Positions 25,978 through 36,300 of a stretch of 59,452 bases of DNA are shown here, in pieces (positions within the stretch are counted from its first letter, which is position 1; the number at the start of each line of letters is the position of its first letter). The position numbers and the translations under genes are program-made. The notes beneath the pieces were generated by a model. It worked only from the letters and a program-made list of their open reading frames with translations. It ran no database searches and had not been told where the DNA came from. Source of the stretch: a virus (taxonomy: Duplodnaviria > Caudoviricetes); the IMG/VR virus record IMGVR_UViG_3300037961_003462, positions 1-59,452 of that record; one strand, given 5' to 3'.

Positions 25978-26707
25978 GGGTCATATGAGTGCAGTATCAA
26001 AGCTCAAGAATGATGAGATGTACTATGGAGAGTTTGGGCAGAAGTGGTTGTCCAACTCCGACATCTCTACACTACTGAACAACCCAGCGATGTTTCGCAA
26101 GGGCAAGTCAGACAGTAAGGCTCTTATCATGGGACGATACTTCCATTGGGCTATACTTGAGCCTGAGAAGGCTGAAACGATTACTTGTGTAGAAGCAACC
26201 ACAAGGTCTACTAAGGTGTACAAGGAAGCCACGAGAGACGGCAATATTGCTATGCTATGCCATGAGAAAGACCAGGTGGATGAGATGGTTAAGGCCATCA
26301 AGAGTAACTTCGACTTCTTCGAGGGTATATACGAGGATGGCAACATATTCGAGACTCCTGAGGTTGGAAGCCTGTTTGGTCTTCCCTGGAAGGGTAAGGC
26401 TGATATCTTGAGTAGCAACAGAATCATTGATTTAAAGACTACTTCGGGCATCAGCAGTTTCAGGAACTCAGCATACAAGTTCAACTACGATAGTCAAGCC
26501 TACATATATCAGCACCTGTTTGGTGTGCCTATGGAGTTTTGGGTTATCGATAAGAACACGTTGGCAATGGGCATGTTTCATTGCTCGGATGAATTTCTGC
26601 GATCTGGAGAGCAGAAGGTGAAGGCGGCTTCAGAAATTTATAATCGATTTTTCGGGGAATCCTCCACCGAATCAATCGAGAATCATTATATTGTGGAGGA
26701 ACTTTAA
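25970..26707 (+). CDS. RecE/exonuclease VIII-like PD-(D/E)XK nuclease
   Basis: LSNSDI, GRYFHWAILEP, KGKADIL...IIDLKTT, YDSQAYIY. Confidence 0.8.
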   Translation: MSRGHMSAVSKLKNDEMYYGEFGQKWLSNSDISTLLNNPAMFRKGKSDSKALIMGRYFHWAILEPEKAETITCVEATTRSTKVYKEATRDGNIAMLCHEKDQVDEMVKAIKSNFDFFEGIYEDGNIFETPEVGSLFGLPWKGKADILSSNRIIDLKTTSGISSFRNSAYKFNYDSQAYIYQHLFGVPMEFWVIDKNTLAMGMFHCSDEFLRSGEQKVKAASEIYNRFFGESSTESIENHYIVEEL

Positions 26708-26718
26708 ATTTAATTAGA

Positions 26719-26949
26719 ATGTCAAAAGAGAAAATTTTCGCAAACGGATTCTCATTCAAACGTAATGAGAACGCACCTGACTTCGTTGTCGGACGCATGA
26801 GCTTGAAAGCAGAAGATGCTATCCAGTTTATTAAAGACCGCACAAAGAATGGTTGGGTAAACCTCAACATCAATCAAAGCAAGGGTGGCAGTTACTATGT
26901 GGAACTAGATACCTACGAGCCTAAAGTAAAGGAGGAGCAACCTTTTTAA
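26719..26949 (+). CDS. Small SSB-like protein
   Basis: Follows annealase and exonuclease; acidic C-terminal tail ending EEQPF. Confidence 0.55.
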   Translation: MSKEKIFANGFSFKRNENAPDFVVGRMSLKAEDAIQFIKDRTKNGWVNLNINQSKGGSYYVELDTYEPKVKEEQPF

Positions 26950-26970
26950 AAACGCTCATCTTTCTAAAGC

Positions 26971-26996
26971 AAGGGGGGCTACGGCTCCCCTTTTTT
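26971..26996 (+). terminator. Intrinsic terminator
   Basis: AAGGGGGGC-TACG-GCTCCCCTT followed by a T run. Confidence 0.8.
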
Positions 26997-27007
26997 AGGA
27001 CAACCAT

Positions 27008-27148
27008 ATGACGACTTTTCGGTTACCAACACTAATAATATTTTTTATATCTGAATTTGTTTTTACAACGAATATTTTGGGATGTAAAGTCGTCAGGTCG
27101 TCATAACCTTTGATATATATAACTTTTATCGTCATAAAATCATCATAA
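27008..27148. repeat. Iteron-like array, copy 2 (putative replication origin)
   Basis: ATGACGACTTTT (inverted), AT-rich core, four direct TCRTCA units; ends 3 nt before the primase ATG. Confidence 0.75.
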
Positions 27149-27151
27149 GAA

Positions 27152-29548
27152 ATGACAATTTCTATATTTAAGAACATAAAAGATACAACACAACCCTTTG
27201 AGAGGGATGTGCTGCACATCTTAGAAAGAATCAGGGAGGGGGCTTCCAGGGATGTAATAAAGGACATTCGTGGGGAGCGAGACAAGTCAAGGAGAAATCA
27301 ATTGAAGCAGGATTTACCAGCTATATGTTTTTCCGGGACTTTCAAGAAGAGAGCAGACAACGCACTCATTAAGCATAGTGGCCTTATGTGTTTAGACTTC
27401 GATGGCTACGACAGACAAAAGGATTTGCTAGAGGATAAGGAGAAGTTCAAGCAAAACAAGTTTGTATACTCAGTATTCCTTTCTCCATCGGGAAAGGGTC
27501 TTAAGGTATTGGTGAAAGTTCCAGCTGATGAAAGCAATCACAAGAACTATTTCAATAGCCTTGAGAAATACTTCAAGTCCGATAAGTTTGATAAGACGTG
27601 TAAGAACGTTAGTCGTGTATGCTACGAGTCCTATGACCCTTTGATCCATATCAATGAGAATAGTTCCGTTTGGGATAAGGTCGAGGAAGATAGTTACACG
27701 GAGCTGATGAAGAACCGGGACAAGCCCTCGATACCAATCACGGATGAAAACAAAATCATTGACATACTGGTGAAGTGGTGGGAGAAGAAGTACCCAATGG
27801 TAGAAGGGCAAAGGAATCATAACGTTTACATATTAGCGGCTGCGTTTAATGATTTTGGAATAAATAGAAGTCTTGCCGAGTTTTATTTACGTCAATATGC
27901 AGCAGAAGGTTTCAATGAGGAGGAGATCATGGCTACTATTGTTTCGGCATATAGTCACACGGCAAAGTTCGGTAGTCGATACTACGAAGACCAAGACAAG
28001 ATGCAGTACGTCAGAGACAAGATGAGATCAGGTGTATCAAAAAAAGACATACGATGCCAGCTTGAGCCATTAGAGGAGAAAGGAGTGGATATTGATGGCA
28101 TCCTTAAATCGGTTGAGCAAGAACAAGAGGAGCAGATGTTCTGGACTAAATCGGATAAGGGTAAGGTGAGCATCGTACCTCTGTCGTTCAAACTGTTCCT
28201 AGAGGATAATGGGTTCTATAAGTACAACCCTGAGGGTAGTAAGAACTATGTCTTTGTAAAGGTGACCAACAACCTGATTGACCATACCTCAGAGAAGGAA
28301 ATAAAGGACTTCGTTCTGAATTACGTGCTAGACCTGGAGGACTTGTCGGTGTACAACTACTTTGCTGAGAGCGTTAAGTATTTCCGGGAGGAATTCCTGA
28401 CCTTGCTATCATCTATCGATGTATACTTCATTGAGGACGAGAAGGACTCAAGCTACCTGTACTATCGTAATTGTGCTGTCAAGGTTACGCCAAAGGAGAT
28501 AATACCTATCGACTACATGGATCTGGGCGGATACGTTTGGAAAGACCACGTAATTGATAGGAACTTCCTGATGTGCAAGCCTAGGGACTGCGATTACAAG
28601 ACGTTCATTCATAACATATGTGGCAAGGACGAGAATCGTATTCTATCTATGGAGTCTACCATTGGATTCCTGATGCATGGATACAAGAACATGTCGTACT
28701 GCCCAGCAGTAATCCTTAATGACGAGGTGATAAGCGACAACCCTGAGGGTGGCACAGGTAAGGGTATAGTAATGAATGCCCTATCGCAGATGAAGAAGCT
28801 GGTGACTATCGATGGTAAGTCATTTACTTTTGAGCGTTCTTTTGCTTATCAGTTGGTATCAGCAGATACTCAGATACTATGCTTCGATGATGTGCGTAAG
28901 GCGTTCAACTTTGAGCGGTTGTTCTCGGTGGTTACTGAGGGTTTGACGTTGGAGAAGAAAAACAAGGATGCAATCAAGATTCCTTTCAAGAGGTCGCCTA
29001 AGATTGCCATTACAACCAACTACGCCATCAAGGGTAAGGGTAATTCATTTGAGCGACGTAAGTGGGAGTTAGAACTTCACCAGCATTATAGTAAGGACTT
29101 CACTCCATTAGATGAGTTCGGTAAGTTGATGTTCGGAGATTGGGATGATGATGAGTGGTGTGACTTCGACAACTACATGATATCTTGTCTACAGATGTAC
29201 ATGAAGGATGGCCTTATCAAGAGTGAGTTTGTCAACCTAGCAATACGTAAGCTCAGTGCTGAGACCTGTCACGAGTTTATTGAATGGTGTGGATTGATAG
29301 ATGGCGCAAAGCCATCAGACCTAATAAGGCCTAACATTAGGCTGCGTGCCAATGATTTGTACATTAGGTTTACTGATGACTATCCTGACTTCGCACCGAA
29401 GGCCAAGATGTCTGTGTCCAGGATTAAGTTCCATCGGTGGCTCAGAGCCTACGGCACGTTTAAGTATTCCAATGTAGAGGAAGGCAAGGATATGGAGGGT
29501 AAGTGGATTTTGTTTGGGAATGAAAAGAATGACGATGTTCCGTTTTAG
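27152..29548 (+). CDS. Primase-helicase (BT4734/VirE-N primase, PriCT, P-loop helicase)
   Basis: LPAICFSG, HSGLMCLDFD, FLSPSGKGLK, GQRNH, GGTGKG, CFDD, ITTNY. Confidence 0.85.
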   Translation: MTISIFKNIKDTTQPFERDVLHILERIREGASRDVIKDIRGERDKSRRNQLKQDLPAICFSGTFKKRADNALIKHSGLMCLDFDGYDRQKDLLEDKEKFKQNKFVYSVFLSPSGKGLKVLVKVPADESNHKNYFNSLEKYFKSDKFDKTCKNVSRVCYESYDPLIHINENSSVWDKVEEDSYTELMKNRDKPSIPITDENKIIDILVKWWEKKYPMVEGQRNHNVYILAAAFNDFGINRSLAEFYLRQYAAEGFNEEEIMATIVSAYSHTAKFGSRYYEDQDKMQYVRDKMRSGVSKKDIRCQLEPLEEKGVDIDGILKSVEQEQEEQMFWTKSDKGKVSIVPLSFKLFLEDNGFYKYNPEGSKNYVFVKVTNNLIDHTSEKEIKDFVLNYVLDLEDLSVYNYFAESVKYFREEFLTLLSSIDVYFIEDEKDSSYLYYRNCAVKVTPKEIIPIDYMDLGGYVWKDHVIDRNFLMCKPRDCDYKTFIHNICGKDENRILSMESTIGFLMHGYKNMSYCPAVILNDEVISDNPEGGTGKGIVMNALSQMKKLVTIDGKSFTFERSFAYQLVSADTQILCFDDVRKAFNFERLFSVVTEGLTLEKKNKDAIKIPFKRSPKIAITTNYAIKGKGNSFERRKWELELHQHYSKDFTPLDEFGKLMFGDWDDDEWCDFDNYMISCLQMYMKDGLIKSEFVNLAIRKLSAETCHEFIEWCGLIDGAKPSDLIRPNIRLRANDLYIRFTDDYPDFAPKAKMSVSRIKFHRWLRAYGTFKYSNVEEGKDMEGKWILFGNEKNDDVPF

Positions 29549-30761
29549 GTACTACCAAGAGGAGATAATACATAGTGCTGTAGAGAAGATAAATCAATAC
29601 GGCTTTGTGTATTTGGCGATGGAGGTCAGGACGGGGAAGACACTTACTAGTTTAGGCATATGCAAAGAGGTTGGAGCGAAGAGCGTTCTGTTTCTTACTA
29701 AGAAAAAAGCTATCAGTTCAATACAGAGTGACTACGATATGTATGCACCTGGTTACGACATCACGGTGATTAACTACGAGTCGATGCACAAAGCACCTCA
29801 GGTCAAATGGGATGTTGTGGTTTTGGATGAGGCTCACGGACTTGGAGCATTTCCTAAGCCATCCAAAAGGGCGAAGGGTGTGTTCACACTCATCAAAAAG
29901 ACGGGCGCAAGGGTGATCCTGTTATCAGGTACTCCAACTCCTGAATCCTATTCACAGATGTTTCATCAAGTGTATGGTATACCAGGCAATCCATTTTCGG
30001 AGTTCAAGAACTTCTACAGGTTTGCAGACAGGTATGTTATAATCAAGGAGCGTAACCTAGGGCATCACAGAGTCAAAGACTACAGTGGAGCAACCAAGGG
30101 TACTATGGAACTTATGAAGCCATATATGATATCGTTCTCTCAGAAAGACGCTGGTTTCGAGGTTGATACTCAAGAGAATGTTCTAAGAGTTAAGATGTGC
30201 GACGGGACATACGACTTGATACATAGGCTAAAGCGTGATCTGGTCATTGAGGGTTCTGAGGAGGTTATACTTGCCGACACGGCTGTAAAGTTAATGAGTA
30301 AGATTCATCAGATGTGCAGCGGCACTGTTAAGTTTGAAAGCGGTAAAAGTATGGTCCTGGACTATAGCAAGGCTGAGTTTATCAAAGAAAGGTTCAAGGG
30401 GAAAAAGATAGGTATCTTCTACAAATTCAAGGAAGAGCTGAATGCCTTGAAAGAAATATTTGGAGACAGCCTATGCACTGAACTTGACGACTTCAATGGA
30501 AGCGATAAGAACATCGCCTTACAGATTGTAAGTGGAAGAGAGGGCATAAGCCTTCGAGAAGCGGACGCTTTAGTATATTACAACATAGACTTCAGTGCCA
30601 CATCGTACTGGCAATCTAGGGATAGGATGACCACAAAGGACAGGCTCAAGAATGATATCTATTGGGTCTTTGCCGAGAAGGGCATCGAGACCAAAATATA
30701 CAAGACGGTTAGCGGAAAGAAGGACTACACATTGTCACACTTTAAAAAGGATTTTTTATGA
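29529..30761 (+). CDS. SNF2-like superfamily 2 helicase
   Basis: RTGKT, INYES, LDEAH, LSGTP, EGISL, QSRDR; start uncertain (29514-29535). Confidence 0.85.
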   Translation: MTMFRFRYYQEEIIHSAVEKINQYGFVYLAMEVRTGKTLTSLGICKEVGAKSVLFLTKKKAISSIQSDYDMYAPGYDITVINYESMHKAPQVKWDVVVLDEAHGLGAFPKPSKRAKGVFTLIKKTGARVILLSGTPTPESYSQMFHQVYGIPGNPFSEFKNFYRFADRYVIIKERNLGHHRVKDYSGATKGTMELMKPYMISFSQKDAGFEVDTQENVLRVKMCDGTYDLIHRLKRDLVIEGSEEVILADTAVKLMSKIHQMCSGTVKFESGKSMVLDYSKAEFIKERFKGKKIGIFYKFKEELNALKEIFGDSLCTELDDFNGSDKNIALQIVSGREGISLREADALVYYNIDFSATSYWQSRDRMTTKDRLKNDIYWVFAEKGIETKIYKTVSGKKDYTLSHFKKDFL

Positions 30762-31240
30762 ATATAAATAAAGAAAAGATAGTATTGGATGTATGTTGTG
30801 GCCCTAAGGGGATGTGGTTTGATAAGCACGACGAAAGAGCTTTGTATCTTGACAGAAGATGTGAAACTCACATTGACCACTATCCTTGTGGCACAAAAAC
30901 CAACATTATCAATCCTGATATAATAGGAGACTTTACCGATATTAAACAACCTGACAACTCATTTTATCACGTTGTCTTTGACCCCCCACATATTAAACAG
31001 AAGTCAGAATCTCAAATAACTAAGAAGTATGGCTCTCTGCAAGATGATTGGCAGGATATGATTAGGCAAGGGTTTAAGGAATGCTTCAGGGTATTAAAGC
31101 CAAATGGAACTTTGATATTTAAATGGAATGAGGTTCAGTTCCCAATTAAGGACATCTTAAAGCTTACCGACAAGAAGCCATTGTACGGACACAAGTCAGG
31201 CAAGAAAATGCAAACGCATTGGGTCTGCTTTATTAAATAG
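30758..31240 (+). CDS. Small SAM-dependent amino (N6-A/N4-C) DNA methyltransferase
   Basis: VLDVCCG motif I, VVFDPPH motif IV, RVLKPNG. Confidence 0.8.
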   Translation: MNINKEKIVLDVCCGPKGMWFDKHDERALYLDRRCETHIDHYPCGTKTNIINPDIIGDFTDIKQPDNSFYHVVFDPPHIKQKSESQITKKYGSLQDDWQDMIRQGFKECFRVLKPNGTLIFKWNEVQFPIKDILKLTDKKPLYGHKSGKKMQTHWVCFIK

Positions 31241-31281
31241 TCAGTTGATTTTATTTACTTCGGACTTTAGTATCTTAAAGT

Positions 31282-31527
31282 ATGCGAGAGCAACAAATCC
31301 AATCCAAAAGAATCAAAGAGCTCGAAGCTGATGGTTATTACGTTATAAAGCTTATAAAAACGAATAAGAATGGCATTCCTGATCTCATTGCGATACCACC
31401 TGGAGCGGATGTATTATTTTCTGAAATTAAAACTAAGAATGGGAAACTATCAAAACTACAAGAATACAGACTCAGAGAACTTGAGCGACACGGATGCAGG
31501 ACCGAAGTATATGGTCCAGATAAATGA
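31282..31527 (+). CDS. VRR-NUC nuclease
   Basis: GIPDLI...FSEIKT...LSKLQ. Confidence 0.85.
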   Translation: MREQQIQSKRIKELEADGYYVIKLIKTNKNGIPDLIAIPPGADVLFSEIKTKNGKLSKLQEYRLRELERHGCRTEVYGPDK

Positions 31528-31819
31528 CTTCCTCATTGAAAGGTTAGTTGATTTACCAAGAGACATAAGACAATCTACAGTTAACACGATTATGTTGAAT
31601 GCTGAGACACTACCCATAACCGAAGAAGAACCAAATTCAGTTGCATTTATCGTTAAGGATGAGAACAGCGACGATATGTTTATGGAACTAGAATACTTTA
31701 ATGATGGCTTAGAGCCTTTTTTTATATTAGATGTCAATGAGATTACCTCAGATGAATATCTTGATTACTTTAATTCAAATAAAATTATAAATGAACTTGA
31801 ACAGAAGCGAGACCTTTGA
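31511..31819 (+). CDS. Highly acidic hypothetical protein
   Basis: ATG 31511; D/E-rich. Confidence 0.6.
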   Translation: MVQINDFLIERLVDLPRDIRQSTVNTIMLNAETLPITEEEPNSVAFIVKDENSDDMFMELEYFNDGLEPFFILDVNEITSDEYLDYFNSNKIINELEQKRDL

Positions 31820-32240
31820 GTCGGTAAGAAATAAAATTGCTGAAGTAAACCATACAGATGTTGAAGACCTAATGAGCAAAATCAGAAGGCACGAACTAGT
31901 TAGAGTCAGATGTATGGCTTATAATATGCTTTACTACAAATACGGTGCTAACCTATCCGAAATAGCAAGGCTATTCAATAGGCATCATGCCACGATTATA
32001 CATGGATTAGAGACGCATAAAAGCCTTATAGATACAGACGAAGGATATGTAAGTGATTATGGACATACAGAGAATGTTTTACAGGTTGAAATTGAAACAA
32101 GCACAAGAAACAGGGCTATAAGTATCTTAGAATCTCTAGAATCGTTCACAACAATAGGCAGAAAAATAAAATTTGTTGAAAAGTTACTGGAATCTTTTGA
32201 CAACAACTCAATAAATTGTGACAATGAATCCGAAACTTGA
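31791..32240 (+). CDS. DnaA C-terminal (domain IV) HTH-like protein
   Basis: LMSKIRRHELVRVR...LSEIARLFNRHHATIIHG. Confidence 0.75.
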   Translation: MNLNRSETFESVRNKIAEVNHTDVEDLMSKIRRHELVRVRCMAYNMLYYKYGANLSEIARLFNRHHATIIHGLETHKSLIDTDEGYVSDYGHTENVLQVEIETSTRNRAISILESLESFTTIGRKIKFVEKLLESFDNNSINCDNESET

Positions 32241-32460
32241 AAATAAAATCGAAAAGATAATCGGATATAAAACCTGGGCAGACCGACGCAAGATTGATGC
32301 CCTTTTAGAAATGGATTGTGTTATGTACACAAACCTTGGAATCGACTCTACTTTAGAAGAAAAAAGAAACGTCAAGATGATGTCTAAACGCATATACAGA
32401 GGTATAAGCAAGATAGATAAGACGCTTGGAGATACTATGATGAGGGCAATGGATAGGTAA
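32224..32460 (+). CDS. Hypothetical protein
   Basis: KIDALLEMDCVMYTNLGIDST. Confidence 0.65.
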   Translation: MNPKLENKIEKIIGYKTWADRRKIDALLEMDCVMYTNLGIDSTLEEKRNVKMMSKRIYRGISKIDKTLGDTMMRAMDR

Positions 32461-32624
32461 TGATACGACACGCACACAGGTTTCTACACATATTGACGAC
32501 GATGGAAGAACTTCATGATCTGGTCAATAGTCTTTACGAAGCCTGGGCGGACGAAGAGTACGAGGTGGTTGAAGAGATAGTAGAGCAAATCACTGAAATA
32601 CTTAAATCCATAGACAATGACTGA
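32460..32624 (+). CDS. Small acidic protein (54 aa)
   Basis: MIRHAHRFLHILTTMEELHDLVNSLYEAWADEEYE, translated by hand. Confidence 0.55.
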   Translation: MIRHAHRFLHILTTMEELHDLVNSLYEAWADEEYEVVEEIVEQITEILKSIDND

Positions 32625-33327
32625 AGTTAGGCCTAGATTAAGTGGGCAAAGGTTAGCCGCTTACAACAACCTCACAAGCAACGAGAAACGTTTATTGGTC
32701 GTTGGCGATATTCACGAGCCTTTCTGCGCTCCAGGATATCTTGATTTCTGCATAGAGACTTATCAAAAATTTAACTGCAACGCAGTCCACTTCTGCGGAG
32801 ATATTATAGATAATCACTATGCCTCATACCATGAGACAGACCCAAATGGACTTTCAGGAGGGATGGAGCTTGACTTTGCGATAGAGAAGGTTCAGGAGTG
32901 GAGTAAGGCGTTTAAGACTGCCACTGTTTGTATAGGCAACCATGACCGGCTCATAGCCCGGAAAGCGTTCTCATCTAACATACCAAAAGCTTGGATTAAG
33001 TCCTACAATGAAGTGCTTGGCACTAACTGGGACTGGCAGCCCCGCTTTGTTATTGATGGCGTGCAATACGTACATGGCGAAGGGGGGACTGCCCGTACTA
33101 GGGTTAAGAATGATATGATTAGCTGTGTGCAAGGACACATTCATACGCAGTGCTATGTCGAGCATCTATGCGGACAGGATAAAAATATTTTCGCCATGCA
33201 GGTAGGTTGTGGCATAGATAGGGACAGTTATTCGCAGGCCTATGCTCGCAACTATAAGAAGCCAGCTATCGCTTGTGGCGTTGTAATAGGAGGGCACACT
33301 GCTATTAACGTGATGTTTAATCGATAG
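32617..33327 (+). CDS. Calcineurin-like metallophosphoesterase
   Basis: GDIHE, GDIID, GNHD, HG, GHIH motifs. Confidence 0.9.
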   Translation: MTEVRPRLSGQRLAAYNNLTSNEKRLLVVGDIHEPFCAPGYLDFCIETYQKFNCNAVHFCGDIIDNHYASYHETDPNGLSGGMELDFAIEKVQEWSKAFKTATVCIGNHDRLIARKAFSSNIPKAWIKSYNEVLGTNWDWQPRFVIDGVQYVHGEGGTARTRVKNDMISCVQGHIHTQCYVEHLCGQDKNIFAMQVGCGIDRDSYSQAYARNYKKPAIACGVVIGGHTAINVMFNR

Positions 33328-36300
33328 TCATATCTCTTCTTTCGATATACTCATTCACCATATCATCTATAAACTTATACTCCTTTTTCAAATCTTCATA
33401 TTGATCTGGGTAATATAATTTCAGTGAGTATATGTACTCTAATGAGTAATCTTGTAGGGCCTTGTCGATTGTCTTAAGTTTTCTGTTTTCGTACTCAGCC
33501 TCTTCCATTGCTTTCTTAATGGCCTGGTACGTATCGTACTCATTCCTGTCGTGAATTAATAAGTAGTTAAGAGTCTCTTCATCGTAGTCCTTATCTGCCT
33601 TTATCTTGTTGTTTATAGTGCCATCACTATTAATATTGTATGCAACATATGGTTTTAAATCCTCTACGGTCATATCAAACTGCTCTAAAACGTCCGCATA
33701 TATTCTCTCAATATAAACGTCAGAGAATTTGTGATCCTCTCCCATTTTCTTCGCATAAGACTTGACCTTCTCTACATACCTATTTACTTCCACTGGCATA
33801 CCTAAAAAGGACATTCCTTGAAGTATAGCTAGGTTCTTTAATGCGTGCTGACTTTCAGGAGATATCTTACCCGTCTCTTTCTTCCCTGTGAATTTATTTG
33901 TGTATTCATATTCACCTGTATTTGCCATCCGGTTGGTTTCAATTACAGACAATAAGGTCTTAACAGCAATGCCACCCGTTCCAAAGAAACTAAATTGATT
34001 TGGATCATATATAGTGAAATAATCCTCTTCATCTTGACTTAATTCTTTAATTACAACATTTGCAGTTTGCAGGGCATAGTTTGATCCCAATGGGATTGGG
34101 TTCAATATATCTATAACAAATGTTCTGCCTAGTCTATTTACACCTTCCTCTACCATTTTCTTGCTTACATCAAATCCTAATATGTCGATGGTTTCATCTT
34201 CATCATCTTCGAATCCTATCATAGACGCAACCATTGATGCTATCTTCGCTCCAATTGCTATATTTATTCCGTGATATGTTACCATTTCAAGAGCAACCCC
34301 TGTTGCTGATTGAAGTGCTTGTGTCCTGTCTGCAATTGTTGTTGATGGATCAACTAGCTGTCTAATATCAGAGTAGAATCTAGCCTTTTGAGCCATTGTG
34401 AAATTACTGAATGGTATAAAGTTTTTCCTTAATATATCGTAACCAAAACCCTTTTTGGTAAACAAAACACCTCTCAAGTCTTTGTCTGATGGAGCTTGGT
34501 TTCTACTAACCATCATATCAGCGTAAGACAAGGCCTCTTGATTCCACTCGTGAGTTTCCCAATCTATATTCCCATACGGTAAGCCTTGCTTTTTAAGAGA
34601 TTTTTTGTAGAATGCCAATAATGCAATTCTAGCACCATAGGTATCTACCACACCCACACTGAGTTTCAGTGCATGCTCAGGAATAAAATTAAGTAATTTT
34701 GATGCTACTCTAACAACTCTTCTTCCAGAGCTCAACTCATTAGCTACTTTTTGCTCTGATGAAACTTCGTAAATTGCATCCTCTCCCCTATTAACCACTG
34801 CCATACCAGAATCATCTAACTTTTTACTTAGTCTAGATTTTGGATTAAAAAGAGCCGCAGTGTCTCTTCCACTTATATATCTTCCTGCCTGCGGTATTGT
34901 ATTAAATATAGCAGAAGCAAGCTGTTTTACAGGCTGTCCAAAGCCCACTAAAGCAATGGCGTAACCCGTCTTGTAAAGAGGGTCTGTAATTAATCTAACT
35001 GCACTAGCTAAATCACCATCTATAGAAGAACTGTACACATCATTACCTTTAATGCGAGAAGTATAACCAGTTATTGCCTCTACAATTCTATTTTGAGTTT
35101 CTTTACTGCCAGACATAGTTGCAAATTCAGGAGAATCTGTGTATGCTGTTGCTCTAAATATAGATTCAGCAGTCTCTGTATCTATGGCTATTTCATTTAG
35201 TTTGTTGTAAAAAACCTCTCCAAAGTTGAAATTTATACTTTGATCTAAGTCTAATTTATATGGTCTCTTAGCCTCAAATGATGCCGATGCCCGTGAATCA
35301 TGATTGATTCTATTAAACTTAGACGCACTACTTACTTGCTTGGCTGCTTTGCTGTAAAAAACATCTGAAATATAATTCAAATCAAACCCTATGGTTTTAT
35401 TCCTAAGATTTTCATTCATTTTTAAAAACCCTCCATATTCCTCAGCAAATGCCTTTCTTCCAAAGTTTAATATTTCTAAATTCTTAGGGTCCATTTTAGC
35501 CTCAACCTCCTCAATAGAATTAGAATCCTTAATTACATTATCATAAACTCTCTTTAAAACTTTATATAGTTTTTGGTCTGTATTTTTTTCTACCTCAAGA
35601 GCCTGCTCAACCAAAGACTTTCTTCTTTTAAACGCCTCCTCTTTTTTCATCCCGTGATCAACTCTTGTCACGAACCCAGCCATACCCTGCTCAAACGAAT
35701 TGTAAGCAGAAGCATACTTACCAATATTTACTCCTTTACTTCCTCTTAGTTTATTAAACTCTTTAAATTTTCTATTTACCCTAGCAACAGCTTTGTTCTT
35801 GCCATTTTTTATTCCAGTAAATCCTGAGTTATCTGCAACTGTTTGCCCTTCATTAATGCCGCCAAACGCTCTTTCGAACTCCAAATTGACTTGATTTACG
35901 ATTTTACTATACACTCTCCCAAGCATACTAGATTTACGACCCCTTATTCCATCGGCAAGGTCTTTCTTGGCAGCCATGTAGCCCTCATAGGCAGCAACTG
36001 TAGCTAGCATTCCGCTTGTATCCCCATTCTCATAGAAATTGTTCATCTGATTTACTGCGGTGATAACAAAAGCTCTGTTTTTTGGTGATGAAAACATTGT
36101 TAAATCAACCTCCATAAATCTTTTTATTAGGTCAAAGTCTACATCACCCTTGCCATCTTTTGACCTCTTCTTGGCCTCTATCATCAAGTTTTTCTTGTAG
36201 ATGTTAAATGACCTGGCCAAGGCTTCAACAACTGAAATTTGCTTTTTATTAGTTATCCCTTCTTTTGTTTCTTCCTCTGATTTTAACTTAGACAAAATAT

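Noticed and set aside
36120-36160. DVDFD in the 2919-aa protein as a virion RNA polymerase active site
   Set aside because: Does not match the DxDGD/DFDID context and lies in helical coiled-coil sequence; a structure search is needed before any claim.
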